64,000 nt of DNA from the IMG/VR virus record IMGVR_UViG_3300017766_004476, positions 12,413 to 76,412 of that record. The stretch is one strand, 5' to 3'. Below are positions 47,117 to 57,620 of this stretch, piece by piece. This stretch comes from a virus. Taxonomy: Duplodnaviria > Heunggongvirae > Uroviricota > Caudoviricetes. The notes beneath the pieces are model-generated. The model saw only the letters and a program-made list of their open reading frames with translations. It searched no databases and was not told the origin of the DNA. Position 1 is the first letter of the stretch, and each line of letters starts with the position of its first letter. Both the position numbers and the translations under genes were made by a program.

Positions 47117-48091
47117 TTAAAAGAGTTGACTAACACTTTGATGTGTGTGAATGTTAATAATTGCATCTGCAAATAATTTACCAACAGTAAAGCATTGGAT
47201 GCTTGAAGTTGGAGGAACTAATCGAATCGGATGAGAAACTGTATCACTATAGATAAACAGATCAATAGCTCCCCGTCCTCCCACTTGATCATAAACTTTA
47301 TTATACGTCTCTTGATCTCCACAAAAGTGAGTAACTGCACATACGACTCTCTCAGCACCCTTTTCTTTTGCAATACGTGCAGCTTGAATAATTGTAGATG
47401 CGCTTTCGGTAAGGTCATCTACAATCAATACAGTCTTACCATTTACATCTCCGATAAAGTGATTAAACTTTACTTCACTATCACTTATGCGGCGCTTACT
47501 AATGACTGCAAGGTCCGTACCCAGAGCCTCTGCATATCTTTCTGCCCGCTTTAGTGCGCCGATATCAGGTGCAACTATAACCAGATTCTTAAATTTATCA
47601 GGATTATGGCGAATGTGGTTGATTATTATAGTCTCAAAGTAGAGATGATCGAGAGGGATATCAGTAAAGCCGACAGCTTGAGGGCTATGAAGATCCATAG
47701 TCAGGATTCGATCGACACCTGCAGCTTTAAATTGATTCATTACCAATTTTCCTGTTACAGGTACCCGTGCCTTATCCTTACGATCCTGCCGCATATACCC
47801 CATAAGCGGACATACAACAGTAACTCTCCGTGCAGATGCTCTCTTTGCAGCATCGACCATTACAAGAAGATCCATCAGTGCATCATTAACCGGCCGACAG
47901 AGTGACTGAACTAAGAAAACATCTGCATCACGAATGTTCTCATGAATCTGACAGTAAGATTCTCCGCTTGGGAATCTATGAGTAAATATATCCCCTATAA
48001 TAGAGGGTGAGTGAGACTCAAGATAACTACTCAACGTTGGCTTAATGCCTGCAGTATTACTATGTCCAAAGAAGACTTTTAGTTTATCCAT
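47117..48091 (-). CDS. prs: ribose-phosphate pyrophosphokinase (PRPP synthetase)-family protein; diverged 5-phosphate-binding loop
   Basis: Start at MDKLKVFFG. Carries FPSGES, RQDRK and MDLHSPQAVGF motifs. The canonical VDDxxDTGGT is replaced by VDDLTESAST. Confidence 0.85.
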   Translation of the reverse strand: MDKLKVFFGHSNTAGIKPTLSSYLESHSPSIIGDIFTHRFPSGESYCQIHENIRDADVFLVQSLCRPVNDALMDLLVMVDAAKRASARRVTVVCPLMGYMRQDRKDKARVPVTGKLVMNQFKAAGVDRILTMDLHSPQAVGFTDIPLDHLYFETIIINHIRHNPDKFKNLVIVAPDIGALKRAERYAEALGTDLAVISKRRISDSEVKFNHFIGDVNGKTVLIVDDLTESASTIIQAARIAKEKGAERVVCAVTHFCGDQETYNKVYDQVGGRGAIDLFIYSDTVSHPIRLVPPTSSIQCFTVGKLFADAIINIHTHQSVSQLF

Positions 48092-48095
48092 ATTT

Positions 48096-48758
48096 TTAGA
48101 CAATATTGAATTCTTTTGCTTCTTTAAAGTTCCAAGTGTTATGATCGATGAGCTGCTCAGGTACAAACATACCTTGGTTGTTCATCATATTCTTGAGAAT
48201 TAAAAGGAGTCTCTGCTCATCTTTCCAAGTCTCTGCTCCGTGGTCATCTCTCCAATAATTAAATATAGCTTGTTCAAGATCAGTTAACTCATGATGACGA
48301 CTCACACCATTACCCATCTCAAAGAAGTATTCAACGAGATTCAGTTGATTTTCTGAAAAGTATCGTAAGAGTCGATTACCCACTTTACCATTTCCTGGGG
48401 TTGATTTCTCAATGGCATCAATAAAAAATGGACTATCGCAAGAATATTCAGTAGCCTCTCCGAGAGTCACCTTATTATCAAACCGGACAAGCCCTAACAT
48501 CATCGAACCGAGAGCACAGCCGACACACTCAACTTTGTTACTCAGAGTGCACTTCTGAAGACTATCATCCTCCGTTAAAGAAGTATCATATGCATCTTTA
48601 ACAGTAACCCACAGCCACTCCCCTGACTCTGCAACAAAGCGCCCACTCACGAGCTGCTTAAATGCATCAGTTACGATAAGAAGACGCTTTTCTGCGTTTG
48701 TTGCCTTCTCGAATTTAGCATTACGTTCTTCGATTTGCTTTTTAATACTTTTGCTCAT
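48096..48758 (-). CDS. hypothetical protein (220 aa)
   Basis: ORF. Confidence 0.5.
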   Translation of the reverse strand: MSKSIKKQIEERNAKFEKATNAEKRLLIVTDAFKQLVSGRFVAESGEWLWVTVKDAYDTSLTEDDSLQKCTLSNKVECVGCALGSMMLGLVRFDNKVTLGEATEYSCDSPFFIDAIEKSTPGNGKVGNRLLRYFSENQLNLVEYFFEMGNGVSRHHELTDLEQAIFNYWRDDHGAETWKDEQRLLLILKNMMNNQGMFVPEQLIDHNTWNFKEAKEFNIV

Positions 48759-49054
48759 AAATTTGATAAGATTGAATCGGTTATAATTTCTATTACTTTT
48801 AAATGATTCTTCGGAGGTATCAAGCTTTTTATTCGATCAAATATTTCACCTGATCCCATTGTTGAATGATAATTAGCACCCTCTAATTCCATATCGCAAA
48901 TATTACCAAAATCCGATACAGTTAGAGGGTAGTGTTTTATGGTTGGAATGTTACAGCACACCTCGACTTTATCACGCTTATCTTGAAGATATGATGCACC
49001 GCAACTCTTACACCATCTCCTTACATAATTTCTATATTCTGTTGTCTTGCTCAT
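48755..49054 (-). CDS. hypothetical protein (99 aa)
   Basis: ORF. Confidence 0.45.
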   Translation of the reverse strand: MSKTTEYRNYVRRWCKSCGASYLQDKRDKVEVCCNIPTIKHYPLTVSDFGNICDMELEGANYHSTMGSGEIFDRIKSLIPPKNHLKVIEIITDSILSNL

Positions 49055-49827
49055 TTCTTTTTCTTTGATTTAGGCTTTTCTAGGTATGCAGATAATGCAG
49101 GGGTTGCTATGAGCATAAAAATTACAAACACAATATTAAAAATTACCCACTTCATACATTATTCCTCACTCGATAAACCTCACACACAATAGTCTCTAAA
49201 ACTCTGAAGGGTATGTTTTCATTTCCCGGTTGAGTGGCAAGAACGTGTGCATAGGTACATGCATCACCATGAGAGTATCGAGTTGCTACATCCTCCCATA
49301 CTGAACCGCAACTCTTTTGAATAACAAATTTAGTTTGCTTTTCCATATTATCTCCGATTTCTTCGGTATTTTGGTAGATTAGCATAGAAGGGCTTATCTT
49401 CTTTATGTACACCTTTAGGATCAACTACGTTCTTTAGCATATCTTCTTCCCACTCCTGCGCAGCGCGTTCAAGGCTTAGTTTGGCTATTAATCTTTCTTC
49501 ATAAACATCAGCAATTATAAATCTATGATTCATATTAGCAATAAGTCCGGTACTAAGAATGCTCCTCATTTTCAACATATTTGTCAGTTAGTAAAAGCTG
49601 TTTGCATACTTCTTGATGAGACATTAGACCAGATGAAATATTGTCAGGTGCACCTTCTTGAGCTATCATTTTACCTCGCTCTCTAGTCACAGAGTCCCAT
49701 TCCCATGCAATTGTCTCATAAAACCAGGGTGTAGGAATCATTGCAACTGATGACTCGCGGTGAATAGTACTTACAAAATACCATCTTACCTTACTGTTAA
49801 TGTATGACTGGATGAGAGTTTTTGAGC

Positions 49828-50127
49828 TCATGAATCTCCCTTCTCGCGCTCGAACTGGGCGAGGGCTTTGTTTCTTCCACAGTGACAATCATCAGGTAGG
49901 TTTGACTTAAGCATATTACACCAGTCTTTATGATGCGAAGATACAGCCCAATCCGCCAACTTCTGCGCCGTGTCCATCGAGATGGTTGTGCGGCGGAGTG
50001 ATTCGTAGTCCTCATATGAAACGTAGTCACCGTCCTTAGCCTCTTTAATATACGGTTCATAGAAACGAGTGGTTAGTTCGTAGCGAGTTACCTCTTTCGG
50101 ACACTTCTTAATTTCTTCTGCGCTCAT
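49828..50127 (-). CDS. hypothetical protein (99 aa)
   Basis: ATGA-coupled to the upstream gene. Three further short ORFs (49152..49346, 49348..49569, 49553..49831) follow. Confidence 0.4.
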   Translation of the reverse strand: MSAEEIKKCPKEVTRYELTTRFYEPYIKEAKDGDYVSYEDYESLRRTTISMDTAQKLADWAVSSHHKDWCNMLKSNLPDDCHCGRNKALAQFEREKGDS

Positions 50128-50663
50128 TAGTTTCCTTTCGGGGCGTAGGATTCAAGCGCCTTAATCGCCTCTACCCAACGACCGTAGTTTTTAGGTGATT
50201 GCTTATTAGCATCCAAGTATTCCTGAACTACCTCCCACGGCACCACCGCGCTAGGTGATGGGGTGGAGAGGGCATCATCAAGCCATTTTGAAGCATCAGC
50301 CATGTCATTTATATAACCAGAACATGCAGTCGGTCCGCTGCGGATTGTCGCTAGTGCGTTGCGAGCTTCCATAATCGCCTCCCTCAACGCTCGCAACTCC
50401 CCATCCTTCTGCGCGATAAGCTTATTCAACCCATCAATTTCCTCGCAGTAAGTCGTGATGATTTGGCGACAATCCTGCTCGGATTTAAAAGCTGCACTCA
50501 TACGAGATTGAGTTGCTAGGAGCTGAAGCTCAATAGCAGCGCACACATCTGCATCAACAACTTCAACTTCAACTTCAAATGACTCATCAACTCCTCCATC
50601 TTTAGAGTATGCTTTGAATTTAGCTTTATCTGTTTTTGGTGTTTCTGACATATTATCGCTCAT
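50127..50663 (-). CDS. hypothetical protein (178 aa)
   Basis: ORF. Confidence 0.5.
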   Translation of the reverse strand: MSDNMSETPKTDKAKFKAYSKDGGVDESFEVEVEVVDADVCAAIELQLLATQSRMSAAFKSEQDCRQIITTYCEEIDGLNKLIAQKDGELRALREAIMEARNALATIRSGPTACSGYINDMADASKWLDDALSTPSPSAVVPWEVVQEYLDANKQSPKNYGRWVEAIKALESYAPKGN

Positions 50664-50973
50664 ACTTTAATAAATCTTTTGCTGCTGATTCTGCATGTTG
50701 TTCAACGGATTTAGTTGCATCATCTAAGCGCTTCTTTGCTGCTTGATATTTATCTTCTAGCGTCCAATTGTCATCCCAATACTCTCTAGGCATAGTCATA
50801 AAGCTGCAAACAGATTCACTTGCTTCTAATGCTTCCTTTAACGCTTGAATATGTTTATAAGCAACCATCAGCTCTTCTTCAAGCTTACAACCCTCTTCAT
50901 AAAGCCTACTCGCAGTTGAAAGTATACCTATAGGTTCAAGAACTATTTTATCCATTCTCGGTGTATTGCTCAT
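50653..50973 (-). CDS. hypothetical protein (106 aa)
   Basis: ORF. Confidence 0.45.
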   Translation of the reverse strand: MSNTPRMDKIVLEPIGILSTASRLYEEGCKLEEELMVAYKHIQALKEALEASESVCSFMTMPREYWDDNWTLEDKYQAAKKRLDDATKSVEQHAESAAKDLLKYER

Positions 50974-51131
50974 ACTTTATGTGTTTAATTTTAAGAGGGT
51001 CCAACCCGCACCCGCGCAAAATGCGAGAATGCAAGATACTTCAAATGGGCTCTCTTTTTTTAAGATAACCGAGACGCAAGCACCAATTATAAGAATAATA
51101 GCGATTAAAATAATGCAGTTCATAAATTATA

Positions 51132-51791
51132 TTACCATCCTTCCATGGGGTGTTCTAGATATACCTGCACTTGACGGCGCAGTTCATTCGTAGGCTTACG
51201 TCCGGTATTGCGACTGCAACGAATAAACCATCTCCATCCATTATCAACTGCTCTGACACCTTGATGCCAAGTATAACAGTTAAAGTACACAAATACGTTA
51301 CTCGGTGCAGAGACTTTTATGAGCTCTCGATGCTTGATCTTCTCTTCAACCAGCGGATGCCAAACCTTGTAGCAGACCTCACCTTCAGCTACTCGAGGAA
51401 ACTCGCTGTTACCTATAGCAAATTCTGTTGGTGCAATATTTCCATTAACTAAGCACAAAAGATGCTCAGCCTCATATTCCGGAGTATCGTAATTAGGTTG
51501 CTTATCCTTACGGCTGCGCGGAATGTCATCGTGATGGTATCCCGGAATGCAAGGAAACCAACCCTTCATGAGCATATGCACGCGGCTGTCGATGATTAAA
51601 TCAGGTGCATTACGCCAATCAGGAGAAAGATTGTCTAAGAATGCTTCAGTGATAGGCCCTTGAAGCTGTCGTGCAGTCTTATAATCACAGTTAAACAGCA
51701 TCGGTTCATTCTTAATAACTGCTTCCGCAAACTGAGGGATAGCTTGATTAAGATTGACCTGTAATTCACTTTTGAATGTGTGATTTTTCAT
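51132..51791 (-). CDS. possible 2OG-Fe(II)-oxygenase-superfamily protein
   Basis: GYHHDD (HxD), distal WHQG His, and RWFIRCSR Arg. Order is compatible but the call is weak. Confidence 0.4.
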   Translation of the reverse strand: MKNHTFKSELQVNLNQAIPQFAEAVIKNEPMLFNCDYKTARQLQGPITEAFLDNLSPDWRNAPDLIIDSRVHMLMKGWFPCIPGYHHDDIPRSRKDKQPNYDTPEYEAEHLLCLVNGNIAPTEFAIGNSEFPRVAEGEVCYKVWHPLVEEKIKHRELIKVSAPSNVFVYFNCYTWHQGVRAVDNGWRWFIRCSRNTGRKPTNELRRQVQVYLEHPMEGW

Positions 51792-51943
51792 TACGTTGTT
51801 AAATTAATAGTTAGAGAGTGATAAATCAAAGTAATATATAGCTTTTATCATATGTTCTAAATGGGAAGCTTTTGTTCTAAAAGGGGTTGATACAATTTAC
51901 ATATATCAACCCCTGTGAATTTTTAACTCATTTAGATCAAATG

Positions 51944-53365
51944 CTACAATTGTGCATTCTTTCTGACTTCATCGAAGGTAATCGGGTTAACCAATTTACC
52001 ATGATTAAAGACTTCAACCATTACATCAGGTCGCGGATCATCAACCGATACTGTTGCATAGGCGCTTCCATGAGCACCTTCAACCTTAACTAGCTTCAAG
52101 CGACCTGCTTTCGATTTCTTGCTCTGATCGAGAGGAAGCTTCTGAACATCTTCCCAGACTCCATTACGGAGCTGTGCACTGCACTTGAATGCAAACCGCT
52201 GAGTGTCGCGATTTACCTTCTGGAGTAGAGCGCCGCCCTTACCGAAGCATGCAATATTTTCTGTAGCATATCCATTGGCTGCTAGAAGAAAGAGAATTTT
52301 CTGAATTCCCTTATCATCAATACCATCACCCCAAAGTACTCTCACCTTATTGTTGATGACTTTATAGTTTTTACTATTGACATATCCTCCTGGAAGAAGC
52401 TTATAGAGCGTGTCAACAATCCACAGCATCTCTTCTTCTGGGGTCTTATGGGTAGGTGTTACACTGTCAGGACGAATTACAAACAATCCATCACGGTCGA
52501 GGATCTGCTGCTTGAATTGGTCACAGACGTATTTTTCTACGAAGTTGTAGATATTGTAGCTATCTGCAACCACACTTAGAATACCTGTCTTATAAGTATC
52601 AAGCAAGCGCTGGAGAACTTTTGCTTCTCCATTATTACCCTCTGCAGTCATAATGCGGTGCTCAGTTGCAGCAACCGAATATGCCAATGTCTCAAGGTTT
52701 GCATCATAATATGCTTCTGCAAGTTCCATACCTGCAATAGTATCAGTACCTTTGAAGTTAATCAAATGAGCAGCACCACCTAGAGCAGCACTCTCATACG
52801 AACTAACTCCCCGGTAACCAAAGTCATGTAACATGAAATCAAGGAGACCTTTATCGGAAGTCTTTTCAAGATAGACCTTAATCATCTTCTTAACTTCACG
52901 GCTTAGAGTTGCAACCGTACATGGATACCAAACCTGGCTGAGAATGGTTTCAAGATAATTCACCAACCATGCATGCTTCTCATCGGTTGCTTCAACAGTC
53001 ATGAGTACATTATTGACGGGTACTACTGTACCTTCGGGGACCGCCTTAATAATGATAGGCAGCTCACCGTTATGATTCTTGAGGATGTCCATCCAGCCTG
53101 CTTCATTAAAGAACTTCTCATCACCAAAGTGACATTTGACGAGATGCTTTGCTTGTTGAATTTCTTCAAAAGATACCCTGCGCCCACAGAGATGCTCTTC
53201 AAGAATTGCCTGAAGACCAAAGAACACAGTTGTATCCCATTTGGCACCGGGACGACTCTCGAAGTATGCATGAGTGTTGGTAGTTCCCGGAGGAAGCATA
53301 TTCCAATGTCCTCCCACTTTGTAGCTATCACTCTTATAGCAAATATTATTTCCAATTTTTTTCAT
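51944..53365 (-). CDS. nadV: nicotinamide phosphoribosyltransferase family (NAMPT/NadV; alternatively Namat-like)
   Basis: 473 aa. SDSYKV, YFESR and VLWGDGID signatures. Confidence 0.85.
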   Translation of the reverse strand: MKKIGNNICYKSDSYKVGGHWNMLPPGTTNTHAYFESRPGAKWDTTVFFGLQAILEEHLCGRRVSFEEIQQAKHLVKCHFGDEKFFNEAGWMDILKNHNGELPIIIKAVPEGTVVPVNNVLMTVEATDEKHAWLVNYLETILSQVWYPCTVATLSREVKKMIKVYLEKTSDKGLLDFMLHDFGYRGVSSYESAALGGAAHLINFKGTDTIAGMELAEAYYDANLETLAYSVAATEHRIMTAEGNNGEAKVLQRLLDTYKTGILSVVADSYNIYNFVEKYVCDQFKQQILDRDGLFVIRPDSVTPTHKTPEEEMLWIVDTLYKLLPGGYVNSKNYKVINNKVRVLWGDGIDDKGIQKILFLLAANGYATENIACFGKGGALLQKVNRDTQRFAFKCSAQLRNGVWEDVQKLPLDQSKKSKAGRLKLVKVEGAHGSAYATVSVDDPRPDVMVEVFNHGKLVNPITFDEVRKNAQL

Positions 53366-53371
53366 ATAGTT

Positions 53372-53797
53372 TTAGTATTTTAAACAGATTAATTCTTCAT
53401 GTTGTGCAAGTATATTTTTAATTCCGGGCATTACGCGGGGAAGGCACATCACTTCAGGTATACTGAAGAGCTCCCACTTGCCTTTAATTTTGTCAGGCTC
53501 TCTGACAATTGGCTCTCTCATAGTCTCAGCAAGATAGAGAGTGCAGCATTCACAGGTTGCATCAGGTACCCGGTCAATCCATTGATAGTTCCGAATATCT
53601 TTCTGCCAGACAATCCGCGTCTCTTCATAGAGTTCGCGTTTGACTGCAGTGAAGATAGACTCATCATCTTCAACCTCTCCTCCGGGTGCCTGCCAGAAAC
53701 CTTTAAAGGTTCTACAGGTTTGACTTCTTTGAGCAAGCCAAATATACCCACCTGTCGTAATTATAGTAGCAACAGTTTGATTGAGCTTAGTAATCAT
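53372..53797 (-). CDS. Nudix hydrolase
   Basis: Nudix box GGEVEDDESIFTAVKRELYEETRI. Confidence 0.75.
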   Translation of the reverse strand: MITKLNQTVATIITTGGYIWLAQRSQTCRTFKGFWQAPGGEVEDDESIFTAVKRELYEETRIVWQKDIRNYQWIDRVPDATCECCTLYLAETMREPIVREPDKIKGKWELFSIPEVMCLPRVMPGIKNILAQHEELICLKY

Positions 53798-54741
53798 GGC
53801 ATTAATCCTTTCAAGGGAGTAAAGAGATTCTGATACTTCGCAGCATTGTGAGGGTCAGTAAGTTTGATAAAAAGAGGTTTGTGTGTATCAACAAACATAG
53901 TAACATTGAGATCATCAACCTTAAACCATGCTACTTCTGCGATATCATCGGCACCGGTCGGTCGACCCGAGATGTACTTTGCTGCAAACATTGCAGTCTT
54001 AATACAGTCAATCTCTCCGCGATAGCGCCAATCATCAACCTTAGTACTGAAAAGGTAGGTAATACCTCCGATTTCAATACAGGCTTCTTCTTGAACCTCA
54101 CGGCGTGCATCTGCTTCCAAACTCTCCGAACGCGGATCACTGAATCCTCCAATAAAGCGCCATCCCGTCTCATCTGGTTTACGTGCAAGAAGTAAACGAG
54201 TTCCATCTTCACTGAATACTGCGATGTCTACCGTTTGAAATGCAGTAGGATACCGCATGGCAGTACCTGCAATTACACCAGCACGGTAATCAGCATTAGC
54301 AGGGTAGTTATTACATACTCTGCGACGAATTTCCGTACCACTAGTAAAGACTGTTGCTTCATGCTCACATGTCGGATACTTACCCTTGTATTGCTTGAGG
54401 AAGCTATCACGGCTTCCATAGAGAAGAATTTTCTGATGAGCATTGAGAAGTTTTGCGATCTGGCGATCGAGATTTTTACTCCATTGCTCATCATTTGGAG
54501 TGTCATCAATGTAGTGTACTTCAACGGTGGGGAATGCTGCTTCGATCATTTTCCGCCGCGGACCATAATCGAGAGGATTGTTGTAAGTACTGCGAATGGG
54601 TGCATTACCGAGAAATATGATAACGCGGTCATGTTTGTTTACTACACTTTGAATGAGGTCAATATGACCTGCAGTGAGTTCGTGAACCTGGAAGCGACCA
54701 ACGATAGCTCCCACATCCACCTTAGGTGGTTTTGTGCTCAT
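53794..54741 (-). CDS. natV: bifunctional NMN adenylyltransferase / Nudix (ADP-ribose pyrophosphatase) protein (NatV/NadM-like)
   Basis: N-terminus is GRFQVHELTAGH (HxGH nucleotidyltransferase). C-terminus carries the Nudix box REVQEEACIE. Confidence 0.8.
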   Translation of the reverse strand: MSTKPPKVDVGAIVGRFQVHELTAGHIDLIQSVVNKHDRVIIFLGNAPIRSTYNNPLDYGPRRKMIEAAFPTVEVHYIDDTPNDEQWSKNLDRQIAKLLNAHQKILLYGSRDSFLKQYKGKYPTCEHEATVFTSGTEIRRRVCNNYPANADYRAGVIAGTAMRYPTAFQTVDIAVFSEDGTRLLLARKPDETGWRFIGGFSDPRSESLEADARREVQEEACIEIGGITYLFSTKVDDWRYRGEIDCIKTAMFAAKYISGRPTGADDIAEVAWFKVDDLNVTMFVDTHKPLFIKLTDPHNAAKYQNLFTPLKGLMP

Positions 54742-54846
54742 AGTTTTTATCTGAACCTTTCTATGTCTTTGTTTGTTAGGAGTATTATCTTATATCTAAC
54801 TACTAACACTATTATTTATAAATGATAATTGAGATAATTCAAATTT

Positions 54847-55395
54847 TTATTTAGACTCATTTAACTTCTTGAGAGCTTCATTAATACAATTCCATTGCTC
54901 TGGAGTAACTATAATTTGATTAAATTGAGTAGAGAGTTCTACCTTATCCTGATGTACCACAGCTATACCTCCTCCGAATTTTATGGTTACTGGGTCAGGA
55001 ATTCGTGCAAGTGCTACAGCCTCTCTAACAGCTTTAATCCAGTTATCCCACTCTGTGACAGCATCAAACATCTGTAAATCCTTAACTTTATGTTTATGAT
55101 CATAAATTTTAGAATCATATGATGCGTACGAACTATACATTAGTGAGACTGTACTAGATGAAATGTTATGTATATAGATTAGCTTCGTATCAGAGCAATA
55201 TGGACCGGTAATACTTTCATCAAACCCGAGCCATTTACAACCTAGCCTAAGTAACGCCTTCTCAACTTCTCTATATACTATTTCATGAAGAGGCTTAGGT
55301 ATTGCTGATAGTGAGATGAGTATAAGGGGTGTTAGCTTAGTCGTCATATGTTTATTAAGATTTGTCTTTGAGTTCAAATTTACAACCCACTTCAC
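54847..55395 (-). CDS. hypothetical protein (182 aa)
   Basis: ORF. Confidence 0.5.
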   Translation of the reverse strand: MKWVVNLNSKTNLNKHMTTKLTPLILISLSAIPKPLHEIVYREVEKALLRLGCKWLGFDESITGPYCSDTKLIYIHNISSSTVSLMYSSYASYDSKIYDHKHKVKDLQMFDAVTEWDNWIKAVREAVALARIPDPVTIKFGGGIAVVHQDKVELSTQFNQIIVTPEQWNCINEALKKLNESK

Positions 55396-55641
55396 TAGGG
55401 GTCATAAGATAAGGAAATTCATGTCCCTTAAGAGCTACCCTAATCATACCCTCTGTAGAGTCTGCATAGCGTGATTTTGCTGTAGGACCTTCCCAATTCT
55501 TGAGAAGGGGAAGCTTTTGAATTACCGTTCCTTCTGCAGCACCATACAAACTCCGCTTCGAAGAAGATAATTTTACTACATCATTTATCTTAACTTCTGT
55601 GCTATCGTTCAACCGAATTAACTTTATAACTTTCCGAGTTT

Positions 55642-55935
55642 TCATATTCTTGACCATTTAGTACACTCTGCAATATCAACTCTTTTTTGATATCCGGTAT
55701 CTTGTTTAAAATTTTGCGTTAACCAAACATCACCAAGGCGCGATGCACCAGTGCACCGATATTTGATACCATTGTACACACAAAAAAGTTTGTTATCAAT
55801 AAGAAATTTTGAAAATCTTAATTGCAACGATGCAGGGAGTGTGAAATTAAAGAGCATCCATTGAGCATAATCTACTTCTCCTTGTTCAGGACTATTTTCG
55901 ATAAACGGATCTTCTATAAATTCATCTACATGCAT
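55642..55935 (-). CDS. hypothetical protein (97 aa)
   Basis: ORF. Confidence 0.45.
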   Translation of the reverse strand: MHVDEFIEDPFIENSPEQGEVDYAQWMLFNFTLPASLQLRFSKFLIDNKLFCVYNGIKYRCTGASRLGDVWLTQNFKQDTGYQKRVDIAECTKWSRI

Positions 55936-55936
55936 A

Positions 55937-56473
55937 CTATACCTTCTTTAAAAGGTTAACTACCTTATCAATCTCGTCTTGAGTATGAGGTGTTCCTCCC
56001 GTATTCATTTCCAAATACCATTGTAGTACTTCCTTCTCAGTTTTAAGGTCATTTACATTAAAACAGAAGAAGGCATCAGTTGTAATCCGATCTTCATAAT
56101 CTTTAAAGTATGTTCCAAATGCAGGAATCTTATTATTTAAAAATTGACGAGCAGTGTGAAGGCGCTGCTTTCCATCTACCAAATAAAAAGGTCCTTTATA
56201 ATTACCTTGCCACCCTACACAATTGAAGTAAAGCTCCCTTCCCGATACTCCACCTTTAAGGATGTACTCAACGTATGCAATTTGCTGAGCCTCAGTCCAC
56301 ACTAAGGGCCTCTGGAAGTATGGATCAATATCCAGACAAGCTAGGTCACCATTTGACCGTTTATCAATCCAATTGAACAAAGTATCTTCAAGATATTTCC
56401 AATCGACATGCGTGCGGTATGAACCACCACGAATCATCTTTGGAATATCAGCGAACCGTTTTAACATAATCAA
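55937..56473 (-). CDS. DUF262/ParB-like nuclease-NTPase domain protein
   Basis: DGxQR signature LVDGKQRLHTA. Confidence 0.55.
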   Translation of the reverse strand: MIMLKRFADIPKMIRGGSYRTHVDWKYLEDTLFNWIDKRSNGDLACLDIDPYFQRPLVWTEAQQIAYVEYILKGGVSGRELYFNCVGWQGNYKGPFYLVDGKQRLHTARQFLNNKIPAFGTYFKDYEDRITTDAFFCFNVNDLKTEKEVLQWYLEMNTGGTPHTQDEIDKVVNLLKKV

Positions 56474-56552
56474 ATTATCAAATATCTATGAATAAAAGCA
56501 ATAAAAAACCTTGTGAATTTTAGTTCACAAGGTTTCTTTGATGGTGATTAGG

Positions 56553-57593
56553 TTACTTTAAAACAATCACACGCGAACCAGTAATGAGTTTGCGATTTAC
56601 AGAAGTACTCTGAATGAAGATATCATAATCAGGGTGCGCTTCAGGAGACACCTTAGTCAGTGCAGTCGTATCAAGACCGACGAGCTTACGTGCTTGGGGA
56701 CCGGTGTAGACATTACCTGTCTTCTTTTCATAGATACAAATCTGCTTGTATCCTTGAACCTCTTCACGCTTGGTCAATTGGTAGTAACCCGCGCCGGTGT
56801 TATATGCACCAATCTGACGTTCGATATATTCACGAATCGGTGCATCATACTGAACCTGAAGAATATGATAGTCGGAGTGAGCCAACTTATCGAGACTCGT
56901 CTTCACGGTCTGACTATTGAGGTTGGACAGATCCAACTTGAAGAGACTCTTGGTACCGCGGAATTGACCCGGAGGAGCTGCTTTGCGATATTGCATGAAG
57001 CTCTCGGTTGCCATCTGAATCTTCTTACCCACTTCAGCCATACCCTTTGCAGAGGTATCCCAAACTTGGATATTATCAGCAGGGAATCCAAACTTCTTTG
57101 CTTCATGGACACCTGTTTGATCAGGTACCAATACAGCAACGGTCCAGTTGCTTGGAAGATTACTGATAAGAGCAGGGAAGTTAGACTTATTCTGATAGCT
57201 AGATGCATTTTCACCACCATCAGTGAGGACATACATCAAGAATGCATGGTCTCCGTACATCTGAGGAGTGTGTTCGAGATCCTTAAGTGCCTTAGTTGTT
57301 GCATCAATGAGAGCAGTACCCCCATTAGGCTTATAGAAATCTGCGAGAGAAGGAAGACGCAAAACGTCCTTATCGTAAATGATACAGGAAGTTTGATTAT
57401 CAAAGAGATAAACGGTTACCCGAGTTTCTTGGTTGAGCTCTTGTGAGCGTTGTGCGAGATATTTGATTTGACTATCAAATACTTGAATGGTTTGCTTTTC
57501 GATACCTCCCATTGATCCAGACTCGTCAATTACGAGTACGATGTGGTTGATGAGGCTTTGCTTCATGAGCTCGAGGGCTTGTTTAGTTGGCAT
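56553..57593 (-). CDS. von Willebrand factor A (vWA) domain protein
   Basis: MIDAS motif VIDESGSMGG, plus LTDGGEN. Confidence 0.7.
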   Translation of the reverse strand: MPTKQALELMKQSLINHIVLVIDESGSMGGIEKQTIQVFDSQIKYLAQRSQELNQETRVTVYLFDNQTSCIIYDKDVLRLPSLADFYKPNGGTALIDATTKALKDLEHTPQMYGDHAFLMYVLTDGGENASSYQNKSNFPALISNLPSNWTVAVLVPDQTGVHEAKKFGFPADNIQVWDTSAKGMAEVGKKIQMATESFMQYRKAAPPGQFRGTKSLFKLDLSNLNSQTVKTSLDKLAHSDYHILQVQYDAPIREYIERQIGAYNTGAGYYQLTKREEVQGYKQICIYEKKTGNVYTGPQARKLVGLDTTALTKVSPEAHPDYDIFIQSTSVNRKLITGSRVIVLK

Positions 57594-57620
57594 ATGTTTA
57601 TTTTGTTATGTTTTTACTTG

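Noticed and set aside
56634-57446. 270-aa plus-strand ORF
   Set aside because: It is antisense to the vWA gene, which has a clear MIDAS motif.
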